Part shown: positions 32,510 through 43,647 of the stretch, piece after piece | How positions within the stretch are numbered: position 1 is the first letter of the stretch | Layout of the letters: every line of letters begins with the position of its first letter | Assembly (NCBI GenBank): GCA_963708295.1 | Contig: CAVPSJ010000008.1 | Location: 311,432 to 375,431 of the forward strand | Direction of reading: 5' to 3' | Source: an uncultured delta proteobacterium | Lineage (GTDB): Bacteria > Desulfobacterota > BSN033 > UBA1163 | DNA: 64,000 nucleotides | The notes under the pieces: generated by a model | Databases searched by the model: none | What the model saw: only the letters and a program-made list of their open reading frames with translations | What the model was told of the DNA's origin: nothing | Position numbers and translations under genes: made by a program

Positions 32510-34364
32510 ATGAAGCTTGCTGTATATTTTAACCGGAATGGAATAGGGTGTCGCGAGGTCGTTGAAAAAATGTGCCGCGCGCAAAGCTTGCACTCAAGTC
32601 ATTCCTACGAAGTGCTGGACGTTAATAATGGCGCAATAGGGTATGTCCGTACATCCGACCAGTTTTCCTCGATTCCACATTTTCATCAGAGTCCTGAAGG
32701 CAACATTCTTGCGATCAGTGGAGTCCCGTTGGATATGCACGGCTCGTTAAGGCGAAGCTTGCCTTCCATTGCTTCCCAGGATTATCAGAAGGCGGCAAAA
32801 TCACTGTCGGATTTGGATGGGGCGTTTGCGGCGGTTTTCTGGGATAATGTGCAGCGCAAACTTGTTATCGTGACGGATTTCTTGGGGAGCCAACCGTTGT
32901 ACAAATTTGCTGATCATCAATCAGTCCTTTGGGCAACGGATCTTAAGGGGATAACCTCAAGCGGCCTCCTCGGTCCTGAAATTGATCCCATCGGCTGGGG
33001 GACTTTCCTTTCTTTGGGGTATTATGTTGGCAATCGTACGGCTCTAAGAGAGGGTTGAGATTATGGAGCCAGGGAGCATCACCATTTACGATCCGACAAA
33101 GAAAACAACGTCGATCCAAAACTATTGGATGTGGGACGAGCCAAAACGTGATATTAAGCTCGGAGATGTGGATACTGGGCGACTCATCGACCAGCTTGAT
33201 CAGCATGTAAAAGCTAGTCTTGAGCACAATAAACAGAGCACACTTTTATTGAGCGGAGGTTTTGATTCACGCCTTATCCTTTGCGTTCTTCGTCGTGCGG
33301 GAATAGAGCCCAAAATTGCGATTTGTGAACACCCGGATGAAGATCAAAATGCAGATGGGCGATATGCTCTACAAACAGCTCAACAATTCAAATTAAAGGC
33401 AGAAGTAGTGAAACCTGAAGAGTCCTTTTATTCATCGGATGATTATGTAAATTATCTAATCATGAACGAAGTCACAACGCCTAGCCTCAACCTTTTCATA
33501 GCCCGATTGGCGGCACAGTTTAAGCCGGAGATGCAGGCGATATGGGAAGGCGTAGGCCCAGGTAATAGTATGTACGCAGATAATCAGATGCCTGGCGGAT
33601 TTAGGAAGCATTTTCAATTCATATTCCCTAAACCTGACAGCATCATCTGGCGTGCAGCCGCTAGCGTTTTTGCGCCTTCACTCGTGGAGCAAATGTATAA
33701 GGGAGTTAAGGAATGCCTGGATCAAGAAGGCTTGAAGTACCCGGACGACGAATATGGATTACGGTATTTTTTAATGTTGAGCCGCGTTCGGAACCGTCTA
33801 GCTGCGAATCCATTCAAGGTCTATGCGAATATTGTTTTGCCTTTCACTCCTGGCCTGAGCAAGGATTTCCAAAATTATGCCATTCATATTCCCAGGCATG
33901 TGAAATACAACTATGCCCTTTATTTTAAGATTTTCAGAGATCATTTTCCGGAAGCTCTGAAAGTCCCCTGGTGCTCTATGGGCGTGTTGTTTGATCCAAA
34001 TGGCAAAATAAATCCGATTCACAAAGTGTACATGTATATCGAAAAACTTGGGTTATTAGAATCCATAAAAAGATATCCCCTTGCTGAGTCGATCGCGCGA
34101 AAACTGGGTAAACAACCGCGGATCAGCAAAGAAAACTCCCTTGTTAGGCAGACCATAGGGCTCGTCAATCCGGACCATTCAGACCTTAATGCCGATGGTA
34201 TTCGGATGCTTCAAAGTGATTTCTCTGCTTCCGATCCGGTTAATCGTAGTGCTCGGGCATTGCTTTTTTACTGGCAAATTTGGAGGTGGATTATGAACGG
34301 TCAGTTAACGATGCCACGACAGTATAAAACTACAGCATGGCCTTCGATTTTTGGTGCAGGATGA
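32510..34364 (+). CDS. Asparagine-synthase-like amide synthetase, apparent insertion at ~33051
   Basis: LDGAFA..WD, TDFLGSQPLY, then LLSGGFDSR (PP-loop); no N-terminal MCG. Confidence 0.75.
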
Positions 34365-34629
34365 AACGATCATCAGCGGATTCTATTAGAGGAGGGTAGC
34401 ACTTCTAAAATGTCGCGCTTCCGAGGGACGGTGGGGGACGAATTGTATGGGGTGCCATGCGTAGGAGAGTGGCAGCTTATTCAAGAGGCATCAGATTCAT
34501 TTACTATGTGGGTTGTTTCTGCCAAAGGATTATGGCCCGGCAGAGAGCGAACAAATGATCAGAGACCTAAGGCATGACCTGCCGGGAGTGGGAATTAATA
34601 CAAACGCATTTATTTCTTTGACATAAGTT

Positions 34630-34680
34630 CCCCCTCACCCTTCCCCTCTCCCCACTGGGGAGAGGGTGGGGTGAGGGGGG
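34630..34680. repeat. REP-like GC-rich palindrome
   Basis: CCCCTCACCC-TT-CCCCTCTCCCCA-C-TGGGGAGAGGG-TG-GGGTGAGGGG. Confidence 0.8.
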
Positions 34681-34844
34681 ATTGACCCAAATGTAAGAAT
34701 TATTTCTGCGTTTGTATTAGTATTAAAATCGTGCCCGCTATTGAGTAAGGGCCTATAGGAAAACGGGCATTATATGTATCAAGGAGTCCATGATGAAGGA
34801 AGTATTCACCCTGGTCGTCATTGACAAAGGATGATTGGGTAGAA

Positions 34845-35912
34845 ATGAAGAATCGGGTTATTGAGTTTGATATCGTTAGAGCTTTAGCCATTTTTCTCAT
34901 ACTCTTTCATCACCTCTCCCAACATAGTTTCAATTTTTACGTTTTTCATTTTAGAGGACAGCTTTTAGATCTAACCTTCATATATTGGTGGGAGTCCTAC
35001 TTCGGTCTCGGAGTCTTTGTATTTATATCTGGATACTTATTAAGTAAGGAGAATCCTTCTTTTGAAAGGGGAAGAGACATAAAACAATTTATCCTGAAAA
35101 GGTATATACGTATATTCCCTCTATATACCCTCGCTCTGATCTTGTTTATTGCTCTAGATGACCACATTCGGGGCTCGTTAAATGTCTGTACATTTATTTT
35201 AAACCTTCTTGGCCTTCAAATCATCTTTGGTTCAAATGATTGTCCTCCCTTACTGACATTGTGGTTTGTCGGGTTAATCCTATCCTACTATTATGTGTTC
35301 ATCATGCTTGCAAAATTTGGTCGGAGTCTCATCAGATTCATCACTTTAGTCTTCACTATCTTATTATTTGGCGTGCTTTTGAGGAAAATAATGGGCTTGA
35401 TGGATGAAAGATTTCTGTTTTTTTTCGGAATATTTGTTGCTGGCATGCTGGGGGCAAAGTATAAATTGATTGAAAAAATGAAATTCAGGCACGTCACTTT
35501 TTTTTCACCACTGTTTGTAATTCTTGTTTACTTCTATGTTGCTTTTATTCACCCTAGAGAAATTCGGAGTTTTTTTTCTTTTATGGGTATGAGTGAGTTT
35601 ATTGTCAAGAATTTGATCATCCTATGGCTGGTTTTCATTGTTTTTGCCCTTGCAAGGGTGATTATTCGGGCTGACCGTTACGTTTTTCTTCAAAAAATAG
35701 CATATGCTTCCTATGGCATGTATCTATTCCACAGGCCGGTTTGGTGGATCATGGAGGACATATACAACCCAGCAAACGTGAAAATCAAAGCCCTCTATTT
35801 GGCACTTCTGGGAATTCCCCTGACCATATTTGTTTCCTATTATCTGCAGAAATTCTATTACAGGTACCTTGAATGGAGATTCATCAAAGGATTGACTTCA
35901 AAAACTATTTGA
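34845..35912 (+). CDS. Acyltransferase-3 family membrane O-acyltransferase
   Basis: FDIVRALAI..H, FVFISGYLL, KRYIRIFP, LWFV, SYGMYLFH. Confidence 0.9.
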   Translation: MKNRVIEFDIVRALAIFLILFHHLSQHSFNFYVFHFRGQLLDLTFIYWWESYFGLGVFVFISGYLLSKENPSFERGRDIKQFILKRYIRIFPLYTLALILFIALDDHIRGSLNVCTFILNLLGLQIIFGSNDCPPLLTLWFVGLILSYYYVFIMLAKFGRSLIRFITLVFTILLFGVLLRKIMGLMDERFLFFFGIFVAGMLGAKYKLIEKMKFRHVTFFSPLFVILVYFYVAFIHPREIRSFFSFMGMSEFIVKNLIILWLVFIVFALARVIIRADRYVFLQKIAYASYGMYLFHRPVWWIMEDIYNPANVKIKALYLALLGIPLTIFVSYYLQKFYYRYLEWRFIKGLTSKTI

Positions 35913-36157
35913 GACTTCTACCCTTGAGATATTGACTGAAAGATCACCTTAAGCCTGTTTGCTAATTTGGCGCTCGACATCGTCTCCCGATATTTGGGAA
36001 TTATACAATATGACACTTCGGATGATAGACGGCGTGGTTTGCTGTTTTTATTCTACCCCCGCCGAACCTGTACCATGTCTTATCCTCATAAGGGAGCCCG
36101 TTTTCATCCGTTTGGATGAGCTATACAGTGTTCAACAGGTGTTTCGCTAAATATTTT

Positions 36158-37181
36158 ATGGAAAAAGAAACAAAAGTGTCCGTATTGATCCCTTGTCGAA
36201 ACGAAGTTCGGTATGTGGAGGGCTGTATAAATAATGTATATGGTTTTTATCAACCTGATGGAGGTTTTGAAGTCATTGTGATTGACGGGATGAGCACTGA
36301 TGGAACGCGTGAGATTCTGTCCCATCTCGAGCGTCAATTCTCTGATCTTGTTGTGATTGATAATCCGGGCAAAATCGTCCCTCGTGCGATGAACTTGGGG
36401 ATTCAATGTGCAAAAGGAGAATATATTGTCAGAGCAGACGTGAGATGCATTCACCCGAAGACCTACTTGCGCGATTTAATTGAGCTGAGTGAAAGGACGG
36501 GAGCAGACAATGTGGGGGGTGTCCTGATTCCTCAATTTGGTAACGGGTATGCACAAAATGCGATTGCCTTGGCTTACCAAAGTCGCATCGCCATGGGCGG
36601 AGCATTGCGTGATCGCGGCGATTTCGTCGGGGAAACAGATACCGTGTACGGAGGGTGTTTTAAGCGAAAGCGTCTCTTAGAAGCGGGGATGTATGATGAG
36701 TCCATGGTAAGAAATCAGGATGATGAGCTATCCTTCCGGTTGCGTGAAACGGGAGGGAAAAGTTGTCCAAGACGGCAGGATTAAAGTTCAGTACTATCCG
36801 AGAAACTCCTTCTGGCATCTTTTCAAACAATTCATGCAGTATGGCTACTGGAAGGTCAGTGTGATCAGGAAGCATCCCCGGCAGGCCTCCCTGAGGCACT
36901 TTCTCCCGGCCGTCCTTGTGTTGGGTTTCGTAGCTTTAGGTACGCTCGCGCCTCTCATTGCTCGTGGCTACCTGGGATTGGGGGCCTATGCGGGCATGTA
37001 TTTTCTGGCGACTGGATCGGTCTCTTTCAAATCTGCCTGTAAGCTAAATTTGAAACTCTTGCCCGGAGTGGTTTTCGCGATTTTTCTTATCCATGTCAGC
37101 TTTGGAATAGGTTTTATCATTGGGTCAATATGTAGGCCCTTTCGACTCAAATTGAGATGGTTCGAAACATTGAGCAGGTGA
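36158..37181 (+). CDS. GT2 glycosyltransferase (ExoA-like), apparent insertion at ~36760
   Basis: IPCRNE, DGMSTDGT, RADVR, RNQDDEL, YYPR..LFKQFMQYGYWK; the frames join by removing one A from GGGAAAAG. Confidence 0.88.
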
Positions 37182-37185
37182 AAAT

Positions 37186-38394
37186 ATGGAAAAAAAAGCT
37201 TCCTCAGATGGTTTTCTTCCCTTTGCACTTCCTGTCATCGAAGAGGAAGAAATAAGTGAAGTGTTGGATGTCCTCAAGTCGGCATGGATCACGACAGGAC
37301 CTAAGGCGAAATTATTTGAGAAAGAATTCGCTCGATATATCGGATGTAAACATGCCATTGCCGTCAATTCTTGCACCGCCGCGTTGCACCTGGCTCTCGA
37401 AGCCATTGGGATCCGAGAGGGAGATGAAATTGTCACTTCCCCGATGACCTTTGCAGCGACCGCCGAAGTGATTCGGTACTTCAAGGCAAAGCCTCTCTTT
37501 GCCGATATCGATTCCAAAACAATGAATCTGGACGCGGGATTGCTTGAAAACATTGTGAAAAGGAGGTGCGAATCCGGAAATGGAAGAAAACTGAAAGCGA
37601 TCATCCCTGTCCATTACGGCGGCTATCCGTGTGACATGGATTCCCTGATCGCGCTGGCGTCGAAATACGACCTCAAAATCATCGAGGATGCCGCCCATGC
37701 CTTTCCGACCTCCTACAAACGAAAGATGATTGGGACCCTTGGAGATATCACCTGCTTTAGTTTTTATGCCACGAAGAACATCACCACAGGGGAAGGAGGA
37801 ATGATTACTACCGAAAACGAAGAATATGCAGACCGGATGAGAATCATGAGTCTGCATGGAATCAGCAAAGACGCTTGGAAGAGATACACGGCGGAGGGAA
37901 GCTGGTACTATGAGATTATCGCTCCAGGATACAAGTACAACCTTACCGATATCGCTGCGGCCTTGGGGATTGCCCAGCTTAAAAAGGCGGACGCCTTCTT
38001 AGAAAGAAGGAAGCGCATTGCCGAAAGGTATCATGAAGCGTTTCAAGAGTTGAACGAACTCGATTTGCCTGGGGCGAACGAAGGGGAAGAAGGGACGACG
38101 CATAGCTGGCACCTCTACGTCATTCGGTTAAACCTTCAGCGGCTCCAAATCGACAGGAACAAGTTTATTGAGGAACTCAGGCGGAAAGGGATCGGCACTT
38201 CGGTTCATTTTATCCCCCTCCATATTCATCCTTACTATCGGGAGACCTATGGATACCAGCCCGATGACTTTCCCGTGGCTTATGAAGCTTATAAGAAAAT
38301 CATCTCTCTTCCGATCTACGCAAAAATGACGGATCAGGATGTTGATCGTGTCATCGAAGCGGTTACAGAGATCGTAAAATCTAACAGAAGATGA
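37186..38394 (+). CDS. DegT/DnrJ/EryC1/StrS sugar aminotransferase
   Basis: WITTGP, NSCTAALHLAL, IEDAAHA, FSFYATKNITTGEGG, SLP. Confidence 0.95.
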   Translation: MEKKASSDGFLPFALPVIEEEEISEVLDVLKSAWITTGPKAKLFEKEFARYIGCKHAIAVNSCTAALHLALEAIGIREGDEIVTSPMTFAATAEVIRYFKAKPLFADIDSKTMNLDAGLLENIVKRRCESGNGRKLKAIIPVHYGGYPCDMDSLIALASKYDLKIIEDAAHAFPTSYKRKMIGTLGDITCFSFYATKNITTGEGGMITTENEEYADRMRIMSLHGISKDAWKRYTAEGSWYYEIIAPGYKYNLTDIAAALGIAQLKKADAFLERRKRIAERYHEAFQELNELDLPGANEGEEGTTHSWHLYVIRLNLQRLQIDRNKFIEELRRKGIGTSVHFIPLHIHPYYRETYGYQPDDFPVAYEAYKKIISLPIYAKMTDQDVDRVIEAVTEIVKSNRR

Positions 38395-38397
38395 AGC

Positions 38398-39048
38398 ATG
38401 AAACGCCTGTTTGATATCTTTTTTTCATTCATCGGTCTTTTATTGTTGCAACCCCTTTTCGTCTGCATCGCCATCATGATCAAAGTCGATAGTGAGGGGC
38501 CGGTCCTGTTTAGGCAAAGGAGGGTGGGAAAGAACTTCAGACGATTTGTTATTTATAAGTTCAGGACAATGGTCGTTGATGCAGAAAGAAAAGGGTTGCG
38601 GATTACCTCAGGCGGAGATCATCGCGTGACAAGATCGGGAAGAATCTTGAGAAAATTTAAGATGGACGAACTACCACAACTTATCAATGTCTTGAGAGGG
38701 GATATGAGTTTCGTCGGCCCGAGGCCCGAGGTAGAGGAGTATGTCAAGTTATACGAAGAGGATTATAGGGAGATCCTGAAGAGGAGACCGGGGATCACCG
38801 ATGTCTCTTCCATCATCTATCGGGAGGAAGAGGCAGTTCTTAAGAATCAAGTCGATCCCGAAGGGTTTTACAAAAAGGTACTCCTCCCCGAGAAAATCAG
38901 ACTGGCAAAGGAATACCTGGAAAATGCGTCTTTCTTGTACGACTTAAAACTGATTCTAAATACTATTTATAAAATTGTTTACCCGTCTGCGGTTGCCCGA
39001 GAAAATGTTGGCCAAAAGATCATCCGAGAATCCTCTAAGGAAAGCTGA
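38398..39048 (+). CDS. Priming phosphoglycosyl transferase (bacterial sugar transferase)
   Basis: MKRLFD, KFRTM, DELPQL.NVL.GDMS.VGPRPE, RPGIT. Confidence 0.95.
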   Translation: MKRLFDIFFSFIGLLLLQPLFVCIAIMIKVDSEGPVLFRQRRVGKNFRRFVIYKFRTMVVDAERKGLRITSGGDHRVTRSGRILRKFKMDELPQLINVLRGDMSFVGPRPEVEEYVKLYEEDYREILKRRPGITDVSSIIYREEEAVLKNQVDPEGFYKKVLLPEKIRLAKEYLENASFLYDLKLILNTIYKIVYPSAVARENVGQKIIRESSKES

Positions 39049-39100
39049 CTGGCAAGTGCCTAGCAAGACCCGCCTTAAAGGCGGAGTCAGGGGGCACAAT
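39047..39100 (-). repeat. Dispersed hairpin repeat family A, copy 1
   Basis: Reverse complement ATTGTGCCCCCTGACTCCGCCTTTAAGGCGGGTCTTGCTAGGCACTTGCCAGTC resembles 52647-52696 and 51435-51480. Confidence 0.65.
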
Positions 39101-39212
39101 GAAAGCAATATTTCCTTTTCCCGTCCTGACGGCGTGACCATGAAGGTTCACAAGTTTGAAAACTTTTAAAAGTGCTTCAAGGCCTTGATATAGGGTCCTC
39201 CCGTAATTATCC

Positions 39213-40328
39213 ATGCGCATTCTACATTTAATCAGCAGTGTTGGTTTATTTGGAGCCGAAAGAGTAGCTATCGAGCTGTCTAAGAGTCTGAAAAAAACAT
39301 ATCATTGTGAGCCTATTCTCGGTGTCATAAGAAACGATTACAACCCCCATGAGGAAATTTCGGAGGAAGCCAAGAGTAACGATATGCTCTATACTGTTTT
39401 CTCATGTCGGAGTCAATTCGATTTGAAACTTGTTTTTTCCATTAAGGAGTTCATAAAGAAAAATAGAATAAATATCATACACTGTCATGGTTATAAATCA
39501 AATTTTTATGGGTTACTGGCGTCCAAAGGTCAAATACCCTCGGTGACGACAAATCACAACTGGTTGACATCACACTGGAAGCTCAAAATTTATTGCCTTC
39601 TTGACAGCATGTGGATTCGATTCTTCGATCGGATTGTAGCTGTCTCAAATGAAGTAAAAAAGGATATGTTGAGGTATAAAATTCCTGAAAAAAAGATAAG
39701 AGTGATTGATAATGGAATTGCCTTAGAGAGATTCGAGAAACTGGCTGAAACAAAGAATATGAAGAACCAACTTGGCTTCGAGGAGAAGATTAGGATTATT
39801 GGCACAATAGGCAACCTGGGAACTGAAAAAGGACATATCTATTTATTGGAGGCTGCAAAACAAATCCTGGATGTTGTCAAAGACTTAAAGTTTCTTATTA
39901 TAGGGGATGGACGATTGAGGAAGCAACTCGAGGAGAAATCGGAGAGATTAGGTATCGAGAAGCATGTCATCTTTATGGGACAAAGGAGAGACATCCCGGA
40001 ATTACTTACGGCAATGGATATCTTCGTCTTGCCTTCTATAAAGGAAGGGCTCCCAATAGCTCTGCTTGAAGCCATGGCAGCGAAAAGACCGGTGATCGCT
40101 ACAAGGGTTGGAGCTATCCCAATGGTTATAGAGAATAACGAAACAGGGGTATTAGTTGAGCCGAAAGATGTGACAGGGTTACGAGACGCAATCGTGAGTC
40201 TTGTAAATGACCCAGGGAGAATGGACCTTTTAGCCAGAAAGGGTTTCGATAGAGTGTGTGGGAATTTCTCCTCTGATGAAATGGGTAAAAAATATCTAGA
40301 ATTATACATGGAAATAACCAACCAATAA
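39213..40328 (+). CDS. GT4 glycosyltransferase
   Basis: FGAERV, HCHGYKS, IDNGI, EKG, EGLPIALLEAMA. Confidence 0.92.
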   Translation: MRILHLISSVGLFGAERVAIELSKSLKKTYHCEPILGVIRNDYNPHEEISEEAKSNDMLYTVFSCRSQFDLKLVFSIKEFIKKNRINIIHCHGYKSNFYGLLASKGQIPSVTTNHNWLTSHWKLKIYCLLDSMWIRFFDRIVAVSNEVKKDMLRYKIPEKKIRVIDNGIALERFEKLAETKNMKNQLGFEEKIRIIGTIGNLGTEKGHIYLLEAAKQILDVVKDLKFLIIGDGRLRKQLEEKSERLGIEKHVIFMGQRRDIPELLTAMDIFVLPSIKEGLPIALLEAMAAKRPVIATRVGAIPMVIENNETGVLVEPKDVTGLRDAIVSLVNDPGRMDLLARKGFDRVCGNFSSDEMGKKYLELYMEITNQ

Positions 40329-40604
40329 GATTAGGAATTCTTTTTCCACTTTAAGGAAGCAATTTTCCAAAGAATGGTAATTTGTTTTCTCTTCTACGTG
40401 GTCCTTTCACTCTTGATTTCTAACCCACATTGGAACTATTTGAAATGATTGGAACAATTTTGTCTTCTCCTGGATGGGTCTTATTGGCATAATTTGTGAA
40501 CTATTTATAAGGAATTTGCTTGAAAAAGGGAAGGCTTCAATTGGTAATTGTTCTGTTTTTCATATCACTATGAAGCGACTCACCTCGGAAGGAAGTCAAA
40601 TTAG

Positions 40605-42518
40605 ATGCTGTTAGATTTCATTGGTGCCTATACCGGCAAGTTATCTGAAGAAAATCTTGTTTGGAGGATCGGAACGCGTTACCGGCGATTAGGGGTTGCC
40701 ATCCTTCAATTAATGCTAACAGTCTTTGGATACATAGCTGCTTTCTTAATTCGTTTTGAATTTGTGATTCCTGCTGGCGATTTCCAGGTTTTGATGAATA
40801 CCCTTCCGCTCTTAATTCTTGTTCGCTTGGCGGCCTATTACTATTTCAATCTTTACTCCGGCGGGTGGCGATTCGTCAGTATGCGGGATTTAATTATCAT
40901 CTCCAAATCGATATTTTGGGGATCGGTTATTTTTTTAGTTGCGATGGTTTTCATCAATCGTCTTCAGGGTTATCCGCGTTCCATTCTCCTGGTAGAACCG
41001 ATCTTTAACCTTGCCTTGACGAGCGGCATTCGGTTTTTAGCCCGATTCTTCAATGAATACAAGCTCGGGACTTCGTCAAAGGTCTTAAAACATGCTCTCA
41101 TTGTCGGAGCTGGCAGGGCGGGTGTTTTAGTCCTCAATGAGATTAGGACCAATAGAAGAATGGGGATTGGGGTCATCGGATTTGTCGACGACAATCCACA
41201 TAAGATAGGAACAGATATTCAAGGATTGCGTGTCATTGGGAGCACGGAAGATATTCCAAAACTTGTAGATCAATACGACATTGATGAAGTGATTATTGCT
41301 ATTTCGTCGGCAGGTTATAAGGACATTGCAAGAATTGTAAATATCGCTCGCAGTGCTCAGGTGAATACGAAAGTCTTACCCAGCTTGGGAAAGCTTATTC
41401 AAGAGGATGGCATTGTAGGACAGCTGAAAGACGTTTCCTTTGATGCTTTGCTAGGGCGTCAGACCATCAAATTTAAGCGAGAGGCAGACCTCAATCTAAT
41501 GAAAAAGGAGATCGAAGGAAAGGGAGTGCTTGTAACAGGCGCAGGAGGTTCGATCGGATCGGAATTATGCAGACAGGTGGCTACCTTCAATCCGCGCCTC
41601 TTAATATTATTGGATCGGTATGAGAATACTCTTTACGAACTCGAGATCGATCTTAAGAGAAGATTTCCAAATCAGCCCATTCTGGGAGTCGCGGGGGATA
41701 TCCTCGACTCTGTCAGGGTAAACGAAATATTGTCTGAAAATAGGGTCAACCTTGTTTATCATGCAGCGGCCTTTAAGCACGTTCCGCTGATGGAGAGAGA
41801 ACCCGTAGGAGCCGTCCGCAATAACGTGTTTGGGACATTGAACCTTGCCAAACTGGCCGTCGCGAACCATGTGGATAAATTTGTGCTCATTTCCACAGAT
41901 AAGGCCGTAAATCCGGCCAATATCATGGGAACGACCAAACGTGTGGCTGAATTGATTATTCAAGGGCTCTCTGGCAATGAGAGTGGCACGAGGCTTATCG
42001 CAGTTCGATTTGGAAATGTGATCGGAAGCAATGGAAGCGTCATTCCCATCTTCCAACACCAGATCATGGAAGGGGGCCCTGTCACGATTACCCACGCAGA
42101 AGCAACCCGGTACTTTATGTCGATTTCCGAGGCGGTTCAGCTTGTGATGACTGCCGGGGCGATGGGAAAGGGTGGAGAAATATTCCTGCTGGATATGGGA
42201 GAACCTATCAAAATTATAGATATTGCAACAAAATTGATCAATTTCTCTGGACTCAAGCCCGGAAAGGATGTTGAAATAGTTTTTACTGGATTGCGCCCGG
42301 GAGAAAAGCTTCACGAAGAGCTATACTGGCAAGGTGAAGGTATTGTTCCTACTGAGAATAAGAAAATTACGATGCTAAAACCAAACGGTTTATATCCGGA
42401 TAGATTATACGCTCAACTTAAGGAACTCGAAGAATCGAGTCACTTTAACAATATCGAAGGCGTCTATACATCGCTCAAAGAAATTGTTCCAGAGGCAAAA
42501 ATAGGCAATAGAGTCTAG
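40605..42518 (+). CDS. CapD/PglF-like membrane-bound NDP-sugar 4,6-dehydratase
   Basis: N-terminal TM helices, VGAGRAG, TGAGGSIGSEL, HAAAFKHVP, STDKAVNP, RFGNV.GS.GSV, GLRPGEKLHEEL. Confidence 0.95.
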   Translation: MLLDFIGAYTGKLSEENLVWRIGTRYRRLGVAILQLMLTVFGYIAAFLIRFEFVIPAGDFQVLMNTLPLLILVRLAAYYYFNLYSGGWRFVSMRDLIIISKSIFWGSVIFLVAMVFINRLQGYPRSILLVEPIFNLALTSGIRFLARFFNEYKLGTSSKVLKHALIVGAGRAGVLVLNEIRTNRRMGIGVIGFVDDNPHKIGTDIQGLRVIGSTEDIPKLVDQYDIDEVIIAISSAGYKDIARIVNIARSAQVNTKVLPSLGKLIQEDGIVGQLKDVSFDALLGRQTIKFKREADLNLMKKEIEGKGVLVTGAGGSIGSELCRQVATFNPRLLILLDRYENTLYELEIDLKRRFPNQPILGVAGDILDSVRVNEILSENRVNLVYHAAAFKHVPLMEREPVGAVRNNVFGTLNLAKLAVANHVDKFVLISTDKAVNPANIMGTTKRVAELIIQGLSGNESGTRLIAVRFGNVIGSNGSVIPIFQHQIMEGGPVTITHAEATRYFMSISEAVQLVMTAGAMGKGGEIFLLDMGEPIKIIDIATKLINFSGLKPGKDVEIVFTGLRPGEKLHEELYWQGEGIVPTENKKITMLKPNGLYPDRLYAQLKELEESSHFNNIEGVYTSLKEIVPEAKIGNRV

Positions 42519-42708
42519 TTCTTTAACCTAAGTCTCCTTTCAGTTTTCCCGAGAGTTTCTTGGCAATCGCCCAAACCAATAGCGACACACCTTCGATTCA
42601 AAGTGAACTAATGACAACAGCAAAGGTCGAGGGAGGTAAGCTTTTTACAGAAAAGAATGAATTTTCTCTCCTAACCGCATTCAAATATTTGCCTCATGGA
42701 GGGAAAAT

Positions 42709-43647
42709 ATGAGAGCTTCATTTTTTTGTATCCTTTTGGTTTGTCTTCAATTGATTTTTGGCTGTACCGCACAGAGGGTAGAAAAAAATACCCCTAAGAG
42801 TGATTTGTCTTATCCCCTCCCTCAGCCAGAATCAAAAATACAAGTGAAAACATGGGAGGGTAGCCCCAATCTGGAGCCAGGATTAAATCCAAAGGATATC
42901 CTTCTTTTTGAAGATTTCGAGGACAACCATTACCAACAAAGATGGAGGACTCATTGGGGTGGTGCTGTGGGTGCTGGAACTGTTGAAATTCCTTCGAAGT
43001 ATGTATTTGCTGGAAATCGGTCGGCTTATCTTGAGAATAAGAAGGGAAAACATGACGCAGTGGGAGCGGGGCAATATGTTCCTGAAATCCCAATTGATGA
43101 TGTAGCCTATTTTCGTCTTTATTTGCGCCTCCAGGATGGCTTCTCAACTGGAACCACAAACCAAGTTAAACTTATTGCCATGCGTGGAGCCGTTGATCTG
43201 GAAAAAACGTATGGAGGAGCCGCCAGAAAACCAACTGAAAAATTTTCAGTTGACCTATGCCTCGATAACGCACGGGGTCTACACTTTTACTACTATCATC
43301 CCGATCAACTGGGAGGATGGGGTGACGTCGCTTACTGCAAAACCTCTTTCTTCCGGAGCGCCAAAATTTCTCCGGGGAAGTGGTACTGTTTAGAATTAAT
43401 GCTTAGAAATAACATCCCGCATCAGAAAAATGGACAACTATCGGCGTGGCTTGATGGTAAATTGATAGGGAATGTAGAAAGGCTCCGTTTTCGGGTTACG
43501 GAGGAAGCCAAGATACGCCGTTTTGCTATATATAATTACTTTGGCGGTGATAACGCCTGGCAGACCTCGCCTAAAGATCAGAGAATCTACGTCGATAATT
43601 TAGTCATCAGCCGTAAGCCAATCGGTTGTTTGGGGGCAAGTTACTGA
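42709..43647 (+). CDS. Lipoprotein with polysaccharide-lyase (PL14-like) domain
   Basis: Lipobox-like LIFGC; FEDFE, YYYHPDQ..WGD, GKWYCLE..N.P..NG..WLDG, YFGG, YVDNLVIS. Confidence 0.65.
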   Translation: MRASFFCILLVCLQLIFGCTAQRVEKNTPKSDLSYPLPQPESKIQVKTWEGSPNLEPGLNPKDILLFEDFEDNHYQQRWRTHWGGAVGAGTVEIPSKYVFAGNRSAYLENKKGKHDAVGAGQYVPEIPIDDVAYFRLYLRLQDGFSTGTTNQVKLIAMRGAVDLEKTYGGAARKPTEKFSVDLCLDNARGLHFYYYHPDQLGGWGDVAYCKTSFFRSAKISPGKWYCLELMLRNNIPHQKNGQLSAWLDGKLIGNVERLRFRVTEEAKIRRFAIYNYFGGDNAWQTSPKDQRIYVDNLVISRKPIGCLGASY

